This document shows positions 20,278 to 30,348 of a DNA stretch of 48,041 bases, in pieces. The stretch comes from Methanotrichaceae archaeon (lineage in GTDB: Archaea > Halobacteriota > Methanosarcinia > Methanotrichales > Methanotrichaceae): contig CAWDLW010000038.1 of the NCBI GenBank assembly GCA_963803145.1, positions 1-48,041 of the forward strand. The letters are read 5' to 3'. The translations under genes and the position numbers were made by a program. Numbering within the stretch: position 1 is the stretch's first letter; the number at the start of each line of letters is the position of its first letter. The notes below the pieces were generated by a model. That model was not told where the DNA came from, ran no database searches, and worked only from the letters and a program-made list of their open reading frames with translations.

Positions 20278-20639
20278 AGTTTCTTGCTCCTTTTTGTTTC
20301 TTCATTCAATATCTGCAGAAGGATTGGTTTGTAACTTGGGATTAGCTTAGTAGCCGACTCCCATATAATGAACAAATCAATCCCAAAGTATCCGTGTATG
20401 ATCTTATCCCTTAAGCCAGCCATTTTGCTCCATGGAATCTCAGGATACTTCTGCCTGACTTCCATAGGGACGTTCTTAGTCGCTTCGCCAATGACTTCCA
20501 TTGCCCTGATAACAGCGAAGTGTGCCATGTCATCTTCTATAAAATCCTCTTGCGTCATTCCGGCAGTGAAATCTTCTATCTTTTCCACCATTGCCAGGAT
20601 ATCCTGCAAATAGTCGAGATAGTCTCTGTTTGCTTTCAA
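20274..20639 (-). CDS. HepT-like (DUF86) HEPN toxin
   Basis: YLQDIL, IGEATK, PEIPWSKMAGLRDKIIHGYFGID (RxxxxH). Confidence 0.92.
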   Translation of the reverse strand: MKANRDYLDYLQDILAMVEKIEDFTAGMTQEDFIEDDMAHFAVIRAMEVIGEATKNVPMEVRQKYPEIPWSKMAGLRDKIIHGYFGIDLFIIWESATKLIPSYKPILLQILNEETKRSKKL

Positions 20640-20983
20640 ACCAGAACTACCTCGTTAAGGATTCGGTTTCCTCTGTTGCCTTTCAACGCGGGCCTCGTTA
20701 CCAAGTCTACTTTCTGGCCTAGAAGCGCAGTCAGATCGTCCTCTAGATCCATGAATTTGAATATGTCTGGCGTCTCAGAGAATTCGACCAGAAGATCTAC
20801 ATCGCTAGTGCTTCTTGCCTCTCCCCGCACGTAAGAGCCGAAAATGCCTAATGACTTAATCTTATGGCGCTCTGTTAGATCGGGCATGTGTTCTCTCAGG
20901 GTCCGCCTGATATCTTCCAGGGTGGGAATGTTTTCTGAAGGCGAATTGGCTTTTGAGGGCCAGCTCTTATTTTTAGGGATCAT
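20636..20983 (-). CDS. MntA-like minimal nucleotidyltransferase antitoxin
   Basis: GIFGSYVRGE..SDVDLLVEF, KVDLV; 4-bp overlap with the hepT-like gene. Confidence 0.92.
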   Translation of the reverse strand: MIPKNKSWPSKANSPSENIPTLEDIRRTLREHMPDLTERHKIKSLGIFGSYVRGEARSTSDVDLLVEFSETPDIFKFMDLEDDLTALLGQKVDLVTRPALKGNRGNRILNEVVLV

Positions 20984-21050
20984 TAATGTGACCTCATTTT
21001 CCTTATCTCTATGAAAATATCTACTTGTTGGATTGATAATGTTATCCAGG

Positions 21051-21203
21051 TCAGCCTCTTCGCTCCTTGATCTCCTGCTCGATCTCCTCCCAGCTAAGAA
21101 GAGGCTCTCCTGAAGCGATTATCTTTGAACGGATGGCAAGAAGCTTGCGGCCCAGAGCTGTTTTTGGATGATATGATAATTCTGCTTTGGTTCTTTCTGG
21201 CAT
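21051..21203 (-). CDS. 50-aa orphan antitoxin-like protein, paralog of 30759-30974; absent from ORF track
   Basis: MPERTKAELSYHPKTALGRKLLAIRSKIIASGEPLLSWEEIEQEIKERRG*; GGAG RBS. Confidence 0.75.
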   Translation of the reverse strand: MPERTKAELSYHPKTALGRKLLAIRSKIIASGEPLLSWEEIEQEIKERRG

Positions 21204-22259
21204 CTAGCTCTCCAATGATTGATCAAAAACAAATTAAAAAGTGTTATGTGTGTCTAAGTGCATACGTTGTTAGCAGAGCACGTTCCAGACACACACTCGA
21301 AGTTCTTTTTACAGGATTTGCCGGTTAGTTTCTTTTCTTTGCATACATTTGTAGCTGCTGTGAAATCACATGCAAGTTGATAAGGGTTATACTTGTCATC
21401 GAACTTGCATTCGCTCTGGTAGGAGCATGGATCATTCTTATCTTGCCAGATCCTCTCACCTTTGGCGTTCTCTATCCAGATCTTGTAGATAGCAAAGTCA
21501 TCTCCCTTTGGAATGATCTTCAATGTATTCGTGCCAACACTCAGATCGGATACTGCCAATTTGTACAGGAGTTTGTCCTTTCCTTCATCTGTGGTCTTGC
21601 TATCGAAGTCTTTGAGCTTCCTTGCCGGCCTGTCATTTATCTTGAACTGGGAGTCTTGATTCAAATTTACGCCGCCGCTCACTGTCTTGTCAATCAGGAT
21701 TACTAGCTTGGGCGCATCTCGAACTGCATCCGCCTGCCCTGTTCCGCCTATAACATCAACGTTGAACTCTGCATAATAGACATCGGCAAATGCGTTAGGC
21801 CCATCGCCAACTCTGAACTGCTCATTCGGCGGTCCGAATAGGCCGAGGAAACAGCCTTGAGGCACTATTGTCTCTCTGTTTGAAACGCACTTATGCAATA
21901 CATTTATGTCAGTGCAGTACGATTTTGTGCAAGCAGGTCCTTGGATGTCTGGCTGGTCTTGACTGGTGACACCTGTCTGCGGTCCCTGCATATCCGGATG
22001 ATCTTGGCTGGTCACTGAGCTTGCTGTTGGCACTGCCCCTGCAGGATCCACCATCTTGCCGAACCAGACAACAGCGTAATTGCCGTCGATGCCGACACCC
22101 ATAGCCTTCCATGCAGATCCTGCCCAAGTATTGCGTTCGAGAATAACATCGCTATGATCGGTGCTGCCCTTCCATGTATTAAGAGCACAATCCGGCGTTG
22201 CCTCTGGAGTTGCGTAAACTGATATCTCATCGCCATCACTATTATAAATACCGTCAGTT

Positions 22260-23386
22260 GAGGATTCCTATTTACCTGTGTTTAAAAATCAGTTCTTAGA
22301 AGTTGACCCAAGTTTCGTCTTGAGGGTTCCAATATCCTTGAATTACCCACTTATTCGATCATTCATCGACAGCATCCGCTAGTCTAAATAATTTTGGCGT
22401 TTTTAAGAGTGCAGAGCTGATAGAGGTTAAAAGCAAAAGCTGTAACCATCATTTTAACACCAACTCTTTTGACAGTTGTAACCAACACTCTCCCAGCTCC
22501 AAAGACTCTTTTTATGACAGCATGAGGTCTTTCGCCAGGCGATCTTAAAACGCTAATCAATCGATTTCGCTCTTTATCGAGTTCTCCAAGTTGGTATTCC
22601 GTGGTTCTGCGCTTCATGGTAAAATCAATACCTTTTGCCTTCACGCCGAAATAACCTCTATCTCTAAGCACAATCTCTCCCGCTTCAGATAGGTCGACCT
22701 GACTATCGTGCGTTGATGCCGTAGTTGTCTCTATTTCACGTATAAGGCAGTAATCGATATCGGTTTTTTGGTGCAACTTATAGCCGAAATAGGATTCTTT
22801 TCCTTTTTTGGCCCAGGTACCATCTCTGCTGCGGCGAGTTTTAGCATTCTCGCCGCGCAGTTTCTTAGACGATCCTGGATCTGCTTCGATGAATGTGGCA
22901 TCTTGAACCGTTCCACGTTTAACTTGTAAGCCCATTTTGTCCAGCTGCCTTTGAAGTCTGCCCAGACTATCTCTTTTTTCCCGGTCTCAGCCATGCGTTC
23001 TTTGAAAAGCCATATAGTCCTGGAATCGGGGAATGGATCAGGAAAGCCGAGAAAAGACATAAACGAGATGCGATCTGCCATTTGTCTTTCAACTTCCAGA
23101 TCACTCAAACCATACCACTGTTGAAGAACTAGGATTTTGAACATCAGAATAACGTCATAGTTGGGCCTTCCGCCCCTTTCGCTCTTATTGTCATACATCT
23201 CTTCAAGAATGAGACGAATTGGTTCCCAGTCTATTAAATCTGATATCTGTGAAAGTCGAGACTTCCCTTGTTTAGTGCCAAGCCCTCTAAGTATCCATGT
23301 GGTAAAAGAATCCATGATATGGAATAGTATTATTAGTATATAAACTTTCTCATATTGTTGCCTTGGGTAGGTTAATAGGAATCCTC
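22260..23386 (-). mobile_element. IS5-family insertion sequence
   Basis: 18-bp TIRs GAGGATTCCTATTTACCT / AGGTTAATAGGAATCCTC (1 mismatch); 4-bp TSD AGTT at 22256-22259 and 23387-23390. Confidence 0.93.
22384..23315 (-). pseudogene. IS5 transposase, frameshifted near 22958
   Basis: GGRP, LQQWYGLSD, PDSRTIWLF, DATFI, FGYKLH, DRGY; adding one base in GCAGACTT would restore WAELQRQLDKMG. Confidence 0.85.
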
Positions 23387-23973
23387 AGTTATCTCACTGG
23401 GCTTGTTATGCATCTGTGATTGGCTAACAGATCCTGTATAGCATACCGGCGTCCAATTGCCTTTATTTGACCAGCTATGTGTGTTGCAGTCGCCCGTTCC
23501 ATAGTTCAGCGTATCGGGATGATGAGCATTGAGATCAATTATGTGAGTCCTAGCAACATTAGTTAGCGAGTTTGTGATGGGAATGGCTGGAAGTCCATTG
23601 TCAATTCGATACTGGTTAACAAGATCTGCGAGCTTCTTCTCATCGCTATTCAAAGGGTTCTGCTGGTTCTGCGCCTGAACAGCAAATATGGATATTGTCA
23701 GCGATAAAAAAACGATTGCCAACAACTTTTTTTTGATTTTTGCGTCTTTAATATATCAATCCCTCCGATATTGCAGCTTTCTTTAAACAGCTAGTGACCG
23801 AAAATGGTTTCTTTACTATTAATAGTTGCTTAATGCAATCTCATCCTGAGAGATAAAATGGAGAGAGATTTTCGAACAACTTATTGATGCATGATCCCAG
23901 CGCGCTCCGACGCCCGCGCGAGCCTAAAAAGATTACAATTCAAGAGCATACATTTCCGGGCCACTCTCGCTTT

Positions 23974-24097
23974 GCGTTTGGTGCCGACTAATATAATTCA
24001 ACCGCCTTCACTTTCTTCTGGGGCTAACACTAACAGCGTTCTTAGCGCGCTCAATCGCTGTGCGGGCTACCCCTAACCCCTCGCTGGGGGAAGGCTT
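23974..24097. repeat. Hairpin repeat family copy C (direct repeat with 31167-31289)
   Basis: CACTTTCTTCTGGGGCTAAC...TAGCGCGCTCAATCGCTGTGCGGGCTACCCCTAACCCCTCGCTGGGGGAAGGCTT. Confidence 0.85.
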
Positions 24098-24258
24098 TGG
24101 AAAACGCATACTGCAATACTGAAGAGCACAAAATGAAGTAGCACCCTAGTGGCTTTCAGGCAGCATTCCCACTAGGCCATCGAAGAGAAAAAGAGTAAAT
24201 AGCTTCCGCTACTTACTGCAAGATTGCATCCCGATGTGCGAGATCCGGATGCACGAGC

Positions 24259-24453
24259 TTAAGCGAGAGCGGTTTCAGCGGCCCTTAGAGGGTTTCCGCT
24301 TTCGCTTTTTGCTATATCGATTTTCGGCATGACTATTTTCTCAACAGTTATTCTCACCTTATCACCCGGGTGAATATCTAGAACTTCACGGAGTGCTCTG
24401 GAAAGCTGCACTCTTCCGCGAGCGTCTACTTCTCCCACAATTGTTTCTCCCAT
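24259..24453 (-). CDS. AbrB/MazE/SpoVT-family DNA-binding protein
   Basis: VDARGRVQLSRALREVLDIHPGDKVRI. Confidence 0.85.
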   Translation of the reverse strand: MGETIVGEVDARGRVQLSRALREVLDIHPGDKVRITVEKIVMPKIDIAKSESGNPLRAAETALA

Positions 24454-24707
24454 ATTTACGTCGTTTGTCGTCGTGATTATTTAAGCATTTTCTTACTTTT
24501 GAATATATTTGTATCAAATTGTAACGTTAGTGGGAAACTATAAATACTTATGGACTATAGGGGACATTGTAAGTAGGATAGCAACAGCGATTCGGATCTT
24601 CGATCCAGAAGCATATTGAGCAGGCGTAATCCACCTGGGAGCCGCGGGTATTGGCCAGAAGCAAGAGCGATCTGTTGGTCCGGCTGCTGTCAATTTGGAG
24701 GCTAAAA

Positions 24708-24836
24708 ATGACCACAAAAGAGGAAGTTGTGCGCAGAATTGAGAAGCTCGATGAAATCCGTACAATCTTGGATGATATCAGGAGAAGCGAGATGACTGAA
24801 TTGGAGAAGATTGAAGATGCAATGGGCCTCGACTAA
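24708..24836 (+). CDS. 42-aa helical hypothetical protein
   Basis: GGAGG RBS then MTTKEEVVRRIEKLDEIRTILDDIRRSEMTELEKIEDAMGLD. Confidence 0.55.
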   Translation: MTTKEEVVRRIEKLDEIRTILDDIRRSEMTELEKIEDAMGLD

Positions 24837-24908
24837 GATTTTTTCTTTAGGAAAATAATAGTTTATCAGGGAAGTTTAAGAAAGATCGGTTCATCCTATA
24901 TCCAATGT

Positions 24909-26039
24909 CTACTTTCGCTTCGTTATACTAGCTGAAGGACGCATAGGTAGCCCATCGGCGATCCATCCCACCAGGAAAGAAGCAGCTGTATGCGATGCAT
25001 AACGCTTCCAGTTGTCTCTCTCTTCAGTCCCCCTTGTTTCATCTCCATTATCAGAACGCGGTAGATCAGAAATACCTCTGATCATCATGAAACCAACGGA
25101 ATTACCCAAACAATGTGCTTGCTCTATGGCACTACTTATACCTGCGCCTTCCATCTCCACTGCTTTACAACTTGGCAAAACACCCAGTATTTTAGCGAAG
25201 TATTCGTTTGTGGGGTCTTCAATTATCTTATCACCTGAGGCAATCTCGCCTCTAATCACAGTAGGCTCGCATTTAGTAGGCGATTCAACCTTAATGCGCT
25301 TATGCCAATCATTCCAACGAGAGTAAGCGATAGCCCCATTCAGCAATCCAATATCTGTTCTATAAGTCCAGGTTACTCGCGGCTTAAAATTTTTATCTAG
25401 TTTCCCATATTCATATCCGTAAATAACATCAGCGATAATGATATCGCCTTTTTTTATCATCGAATGTTTTTTTTGTGGATCATTTATGCCGCCTGCAATT
25501 CCTGAAAAGAATATATATCGAGGCTTCCAAAGGCGAATAGCTTGATCGGTCGCTAAAGCGCTTTGATTAGTTCCAGCCCTGCCTATCATACCTACTGATA
25601 CATTATATGTGTCATTGAATTTCCGACAATAGACATAACCGAACTTCCATGCATAAAGGTCGGGAATTAAACCTATATTAGGCGAACGAAGGCCTGATAG
25701 CTGAGTGCAAATTTCATCATACTCTTCTTGAAGAACAGTAAGTATAACGACATCTGCCTTGGAATCTTCAAGAGGCGACGGAGGTTGTTGTGGAGGTATC
25801 AATATCTTCATCAATTGCCTCGCCACTATATCATATTGTTCAAGGTCCGCTAATGTACTCTGGATATCTAATACATATGCCTCAGGATTTTTTCTTACAT
25901 TAATAGAGACCCTATCTGGCAATCGTTTTATTACACTATCAGCCAATTGCCGACATGCATCATATTTAGATTTAACTAAAGGACTACTATGATGCCAATA
26001 ATCTATTAACATCCTTGTGATTTCTTCATGCCTGTTCAT
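24909..26039 (-). CDS. PNP/MTA-SAH nucleosidase-domain effector with an unrecognised ~90-aa N-terminal domain
   Basis: ILTVLQEEY, SGIAGG, GDIIIAD, GEIASGDKI, AVEMEGAG, IRGISD; Pro-rich linker; ATG 8 nt after the upstream stop. Confidence 0.88.
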   Translation of the reverse strand: MNRHEEITRMLIDYWHHSSPLVKSKYDACRQLADSVIKRLPDRVSINVRKNPEAYVLDIQSTLADLEQYDIVARQLMKILIPPQQPPSPLEDSKADVVILTVLQEEYDEICTQLSGLRSPNIGLIPDLYAWKFGYVYCRKFNDTYNVSVGMIGRAGTNQSALATDQAIRLWKPRYIFFSGIAGGINDPQKKHSMIKKGDIIIADVIYGYEYGKLDKNFKPRVTWTYRTDIGLLNGAIAYSRWNDWHKRIKVESPTKCEPTVIRGEIASGDKIIEDPTNEYFAKILGVLPSCKAVEMEGAGISSAIEQAHCLGNSVGFMMIRGISDLPRSDNGDETRGTEERDNWKRYASHTAASFLVGWIADGLPMRPSASITKRK

Positions 26040-26047
26040 TTGACACA

Positions 26048-29011
26048 CTACCTAAAGAGGCTATCCCGCAAATGCAACACATTTTGCCTTAACGATAGAC
26101 TCCTCATTCCTTCAGACTTTTGTGGTGGACTAGAGCGTGTTTTAATCCACCAAATCGCAAAGGCACAAAGGAATAATACCAGCAATATGCCCTTAGGGAT
26201 TGGTCCGACTATTAATAGAATTAGTCCCCCTAAAACTAATGTACCAATTAATGTGCTGTGCTCAATCAACCAGATAGCGCGCTCTTGAAGTTTGGCTATT
26301 GTTTTAATCTCGTTATCTGCTGCCCTCCGCCATTTTTCCAATACAAAAGTCATTGCCTGTTTATTTGATTTATTTTGTGCCAAAACCTCAGGCATTAACC
26401 CTTGTATAATGACACTAAAGCGTTCTGCACTTAGCGTAGCAATCCAAATTGCAATTTTCTCCACGAATCTACTTTCCCTAACATGTTGGAGGGATGTTGG
26501 AATAGCTGTAATCTCAGGTGTAGCTTCTTCTATAGGCTGGTTCCGTCGTTCCCGAATCTCTATTATTTGCTGCGCTTCTTTCTGTTCCAGAGCATTGGCA
26601 AAAACTACAGATGCTCGGGTTGCAATTTGCTGAGCTGCGGGGTTTTTGGGATCTTTAATCCAGCGAAGCATTGCTCTTTCAACAGCAGTTAATGGACGTT
26701 CCGAATTAAGCCATATTGGATATGTTTTCTCGTCTACAACTATGAAATCGTCCCCACCCTTCAAGTTTCCTCGCTGCTCAAGGTACACGTTTTTGAGAAT
26801 TTTGACTATCTTATCACTCTCGTTCTCATCCACCTCAGTTACAAGCCTTTGTAGCATCGGTTCGACTCTTTCGAAATTATTATAAGCCTGAAGACTAATA
26901 GCTATTACCACATAATTGCGGACAAAGGGATGCGTCTCTTCTGCGAGAATACTCTGCATACGCTTAAACCCCTCATCAGTTGTAAGTATGCCAGTCATAT
27001 CGTCGTATTTAATATATCCATAGGTCATAGCTATTGTAGCCAACAACTTTTCTCGCAGATTGGGTTCGATTGGATTGGTCCGTGCTGGTCGCAAGATTCT
27101 ACATTCTTGATGCCATTCATCTAGAACAGCAAGAACTTCCTCAGCATTATAGCGATAAGCTAATGCCAGGCTATTGCTAATTGCAGGAATGAGATCGATG
27201 TATCGTGCCATATCATGCAAAATCCCTCGCAATTGTTTCGTATGCAAAGGAACTACATTAGGCAATGTATGAGAACGGAAACGATTTCGTACTAATGTAC
27301 TTTGGTCTTCTGCTAAATCTGCCAGTAGTTTGCAAATGTTATCATTGAGCATATTGCGAGGATCTTCACGCGCTGCATAGCTAACTGTAAGGGCGACCGT
27401 AGCCCGAATGTAATCTCTCGAGTTCTCGTGTCGCTCATCTTTCTTCAGCTCGTTTCTTTGCCTAAGAATTTCTTCGATTAGATAAGACCAACGCGTCTGT
27501 AATTGCCAGTCTTGCAATGTCTCGAAAAGCTCTGTGTCGCGTCCGTAATTACGCCATTGTGCCATCGCACGTGCTGCTACAGCCTGCACGCCCAGATCAT
27601 TATCGGCAGCTAATTTGAGTAATGTACGTTGAACTGCATCCACAGAGATCACACCAATATCGCATAGGGCTTCGCTAGTAACCATACGCAATTGGTGGCG
27701 CCTTTCAGTAGTGCCATATAACTCAGGATCGAGTGATCTATCTGCAACGGAATCAACCGCAAGCTGTGCTATTACTGGCAATGCCGCCAATATATATCGG
27801 CGATGACTGTTCCATGCTATTTCAAATAGCGTACGACGCAATTCTGGGATACGGCTCTCAATCCTAGTTCCATAGCCTTCAATCGGCACTAGATCAAAAA
27901 TATTTCTAAGCTTATCCAAATCGCAGTAGTCCAATGCGCAAAGAGATGGATCACGCCGCTGCCAAACTCTCTCGATCACTCTTTCCATGGCAGCAAAAAA
28001 CTGGTCATCGAAAAGACCATCAAAGAAGCTTAAGCCCAATGCCAATAGTTGTTCACGAGGACTTAAGGCAGGATACCATCGCTCAAGCGTACGCCTTTTA
28101 TCACGAGCGGAAACAATTAGATCCTTAATCACTAATGATTGTAGGGGCCTCTTTTCGGCGCAAAGTAATTGTACGAAATCAGAGATATTATCAGGTGTTT
28201 TTAGCAGTTTTGCTACCTCTTGAATTTTCATATTATCCACTAATGGTTGATCTGGCTCCAATTGCTCACTTAGGAACCCTTTAGGCAAAGACTCTTCAGC
28301 ACCATTCAATTCTTGTATTAGCACGTCCGCCAAGTCATTAATATCATAAAGATATTCAGTGAGCAATTCATACCAAAAATACTGATCATCTTTAGGCATT
28401 TTCCAACTAGGACTAGGTACATCAGTACTTGCTATAACAAAATGTTGATTCTTATTTGCAGCTTTGTTGATAGATGACAGATCATATCTGACATCTTGTG
28501 GCGAAATCTTAGGGAGGATGAAAATAGTTGGAGTAGTTATTCTCAGGAGTTTTGCCTCAATACTCTGAGGATCGGAGGAACTTCGATACCATTCCAAAAT
28601 AGGCATTTCTAATATAGTAGGCATTTTGCCATCGCTGGAAGATGATAGGAGTTCGGAATTACTCCCTAAGAGGCTATCTTCATCGATGAATGCATCGTTG
28701 ATGGAAAGGTCATTTGACAGCTCAGACGAGCCTTCAGATGGATTCGAGAGATCCCATGATGCTTGTTTCAAAATCTCACTGAGAGACCATGCAAGATGCC
28801 GAGCTAACGCCGACTTATCAATTTCATTGCTTCCACCAAGTACAAGCAACCTATTTCGGCGTATCGTATCAATTAATGAGTGGGTATCTTTTGGGCTTTT
28901 AAATCTAGGAGGTTTGAACGGCTCAAGATTGGGCTTGTAGAACTCTGTTTCTTCCTGTGGATAGGTTTCAATCAGATCCGACGTACTCTCCGTCTGCTGC
29001 TCAGATGCCAT
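26048..29011 (-). CDS. 987-aa protein: degenerate P-loop (STAND-like) domain, HEAT/ARM-like helical repeats, two C-terminal TM helices
   Basis: RLLVLGGSNEIDKSALARHLA (Walker A with G>D); LKLAADNDLGVQAVAARAM and LADLAEDQSTLVRNRF repeats; hydrophobic hairpin near the C-terminus. Confidence 0.7.
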   Translation of the reverse strand: MASEQQTESTSDLIETYPQEETEFYKPNLEPFKPPRFKSPKDTHSLIDTIRRNRLLVLGGSNEIDKSALARHLAWSLSEILKQASWDLSNPSEGSSELSNDLSINDAFIDEDSLLGSNSELLSSSSDGKMPTILEMPILEWYRSSSDPQSIEAKLLRITTPTIFILPKISPQDVRYDLSSINKAANKNQHFVIASTDVPSPSWKMPKDDQYFWYELLTEYLYDINDLADVLIQELNGAEESLPKGFLSEQLEPDQPLVDNMKIQEVAKLLKTPDNISDFVQLLCAEKRPLQSLVIKDLIVSARDKRRTLERWYPALSPREQLLALGLSFFDGLFDDQFFAAMERVIERVWQRRDPSLCALDYCDLDKLRNIFDLVPIEGYGTRIESRIPELRRTLFEIAWNSHRRYILAALPVIAQLAVDSVADRSLDPELYGTTERRHQLRMVTSEALCDIGVISVDAVQRTLLKLAADNDLGVQAVAARAMAQWRNYGRDTELFETLQDWQLQTRWSYLIEEILRQRNELKKDERHENSRDYIRATVALTVSYAAREDPRNMLNDNICKLLADLAEDQSTLVRNRFRSHTLPNVVPLHTKQLRGILHDMARYIDLIPAISNSLALAYRYNAEEVLAVLDEWHQECRILRPARTNPIEPNLREKLLATIAMTYGYIKYDDMTGILTTDEGFKRMQSILAEETHPFVRNYVVIAISLQAYNNFERVEPMLQRLVTEVDENESDKIVKILKNVYLEQRGNLKGGDDFIVVDEKTYPIWLNSERPLTAVERAMLRWIKDPKNPAAQQIATRASVVFANALEQKEAQQIIEIRERRNQPIEEATPEITAIPTSLQHVRESRFVEKIAIWIATLSAERFSVIIQGLMPEVLAQNKSNKQAMTFVLEKWRRAADNEIKTIAKLQERAIWLIEHSTLIGTLVLGGLILLIVGPIPKGILLVLFLCAFAIWWIKTRSSPPQKSEGMRSLSLRQNVLHLRDSLFR

Positions 29012-29021
29012 TTTATTTTAT

Positions 29022-29156
29022 CGTAATACCCCGCCGCTTGCAGCGGGGATAGAGTGCAAGTAATCCAATCTAAGGTTTGATCAGTTAACCTGTTTCATCT
29101 TTATGCGGCGACGCCTCGCATACCCCGCAGCTCTGCTGCGTGGGTGCGTCGCCGCC
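29022..29156. mobile_element. Non-autonomous IS200/IS605-like miniature element
   Basis: Two related end hairpins: TACCCCGCCGCTTGCAGCGGGG (29027-29048) and TACCCCGCAGCTCTGCTGCGTGGG within a long stem 29105-29155; no ORF. Confidence 0.55.
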
Positions 29157-29695
29157 GTTTGATTTTCCTCCCTATTTTAAAGTCATATGATATGCCGATT
29201 TTATGAGGGCCCGCCACAGTAGTACGCCCAGCAACTAAGCTTCCAAACATAGAGACAGAAGTTCGTTTCTTCTGCCCCGGTTTTTCAAGCATGCTAGCAT
29301 CCGCTATCTAGACAAGGATAGAGTCCACCATCCCCTCAATGCAATCGAAATTGCCCTCTTGCCATCTCAAACATGATAGGCAAATATCTCTTAATCTTGG
29401 AGTAGTGTTCACATAAAGTTAATAAATTTTTCCTAAGAATTGAGCAACATATGCAAAATTTTCGAAGTTTACACCTTGACTTATAAAATATTTCTACATA
29501 ACTCTATTCAGTTCCCCGCTCGCCAGATCCTGGTTAAAGAAGTTCTTCGGCATTAGCACCCATAGCATCAACGTCGTTATGCGTTTGGCATAGAATGGCA
29601 CAAGCCTTAGCATTCCCTTAGGAAACATCTTCAGATAAGGCCTTTGGAGCTCCATTATACCTGAGCTACTCATAACCATAGTAGCGGGCGTTCAT

Positions 29696-29842
29696 CTAGC
29701 TCTCCAGGCTTGATAGCTCATCGCTTTCTGCTATTTCCTTACTGAGCTTAGGGTCTATCTTAATGATGCCTTTGGTTCTGCGGACGGCACTGCTATTTTC
29801 TGTCTCGAGCTCTTCGCATTGCTTAAGGTCTAGCCTTTTCAC
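29696..29842 (-). CDS. 48-aa antitoxin-like small ORF; absent from ORF track
   Basis: GTG start after GGAG; MKRLDLKQCEELETENSSAVRRTKGIIKIDPKLSKEIAESDELSSLES*. Confidence 0.45.
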   Translation of the reverse strand: MKRLDLKQCEELETENSSAVRRTKGIIKIDPKLSKEIAESDELSSLES

Positions 29843-29966
29843 GATTTAAAACTCCACATTTGTAGACTGCTTGATCTATATCATCTTCCTCTAGTGTGCA
29901 ATATTGCGCTCAGCTTCAAAAGGGGTTTGGATAATATTAATAGCTGATAGGAAGAATTACATTCCT

Positions 29967-30173
29967 ATGAGACAAGTGGTCATCTATCCAGGCGAAGACG
30001 GCTACTGGGTGGCGGAAGTTCCCAGCTTGCCCGGCTGCATCAGCCAAGGGAAAACCAAGGAAGAAGCAATTACCAATATTAGGGAGGCCATTAAAGCCTA
30101 CATAGATGCACTGAAGGAGGATTGCATCCCGGTTCCTGAAGATCACTTGGAAGCCATGTTGACGGTAGTATGA
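29967..30173 (+). CDS. HicB-family antitoxin (no adjacent hicA)
   Basis: MRQVVIYPGEDGYWVAEVPSLPGCISQGKTKEEAITNIREAI. Confidence 0.9.
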   Translation: MRQVVIYPGEDGYWVAEVPSLPGCISQGKTKEEAITNIREAIKAYIDALKEDCIPVPEDHLEAMLTVV

Positions 30174-30319
30174 GCGCATCTAATGATGCTAAAGGAAGAC
30201 AGGCCAGAAAACTCAAAGGCAAAATGAAGCTGGATTGGCGTGGCGCTCTCGGGGATATGAAGGATAAACATACATCGGTAGCACTGCAGCACAAGATCCA
30301 GGATTGGCGAGGAGACTAA
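30170..30319 (+). CDS. 49-aa DUF2281-like antitoxin fragment; absent from ORF track
   Basis: ATGA overlap with hicB; MSASNDAKGRQARKLKGKMKLDWRGALGDMKDKHTSVALQHKIQDWRGD*. Confidence 0.6.
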   Translation: MSASNDAKGRQARKLKGKMKLDWRGALGDMKDKHTSVALQHKIQDWRGD

Positions 30320-30348
30320 TATGTCTTCATTAGATTCTAGATCAGCGT

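Larger units (their letters stand above)
21254..23752 (-). pseudogene. Secreted CAP/SCP-domain protein with Cys-rich tail, interrupted by IS5
   Basis: Removing the IS and one AGTT copy restores KPSEIT-DGIYNSDGDEIS...WKGSTDHSDVIL...WKAMGVGI, a 455-aa frame counted from ATT 23752. Confidence 0.85.

Noticed and set aside
22321-22337. GAGGGTTCCAATAT resembling a second IS5 end
   Set aside because: Weak match; the outer TIR with TSD fully explains the insertion.
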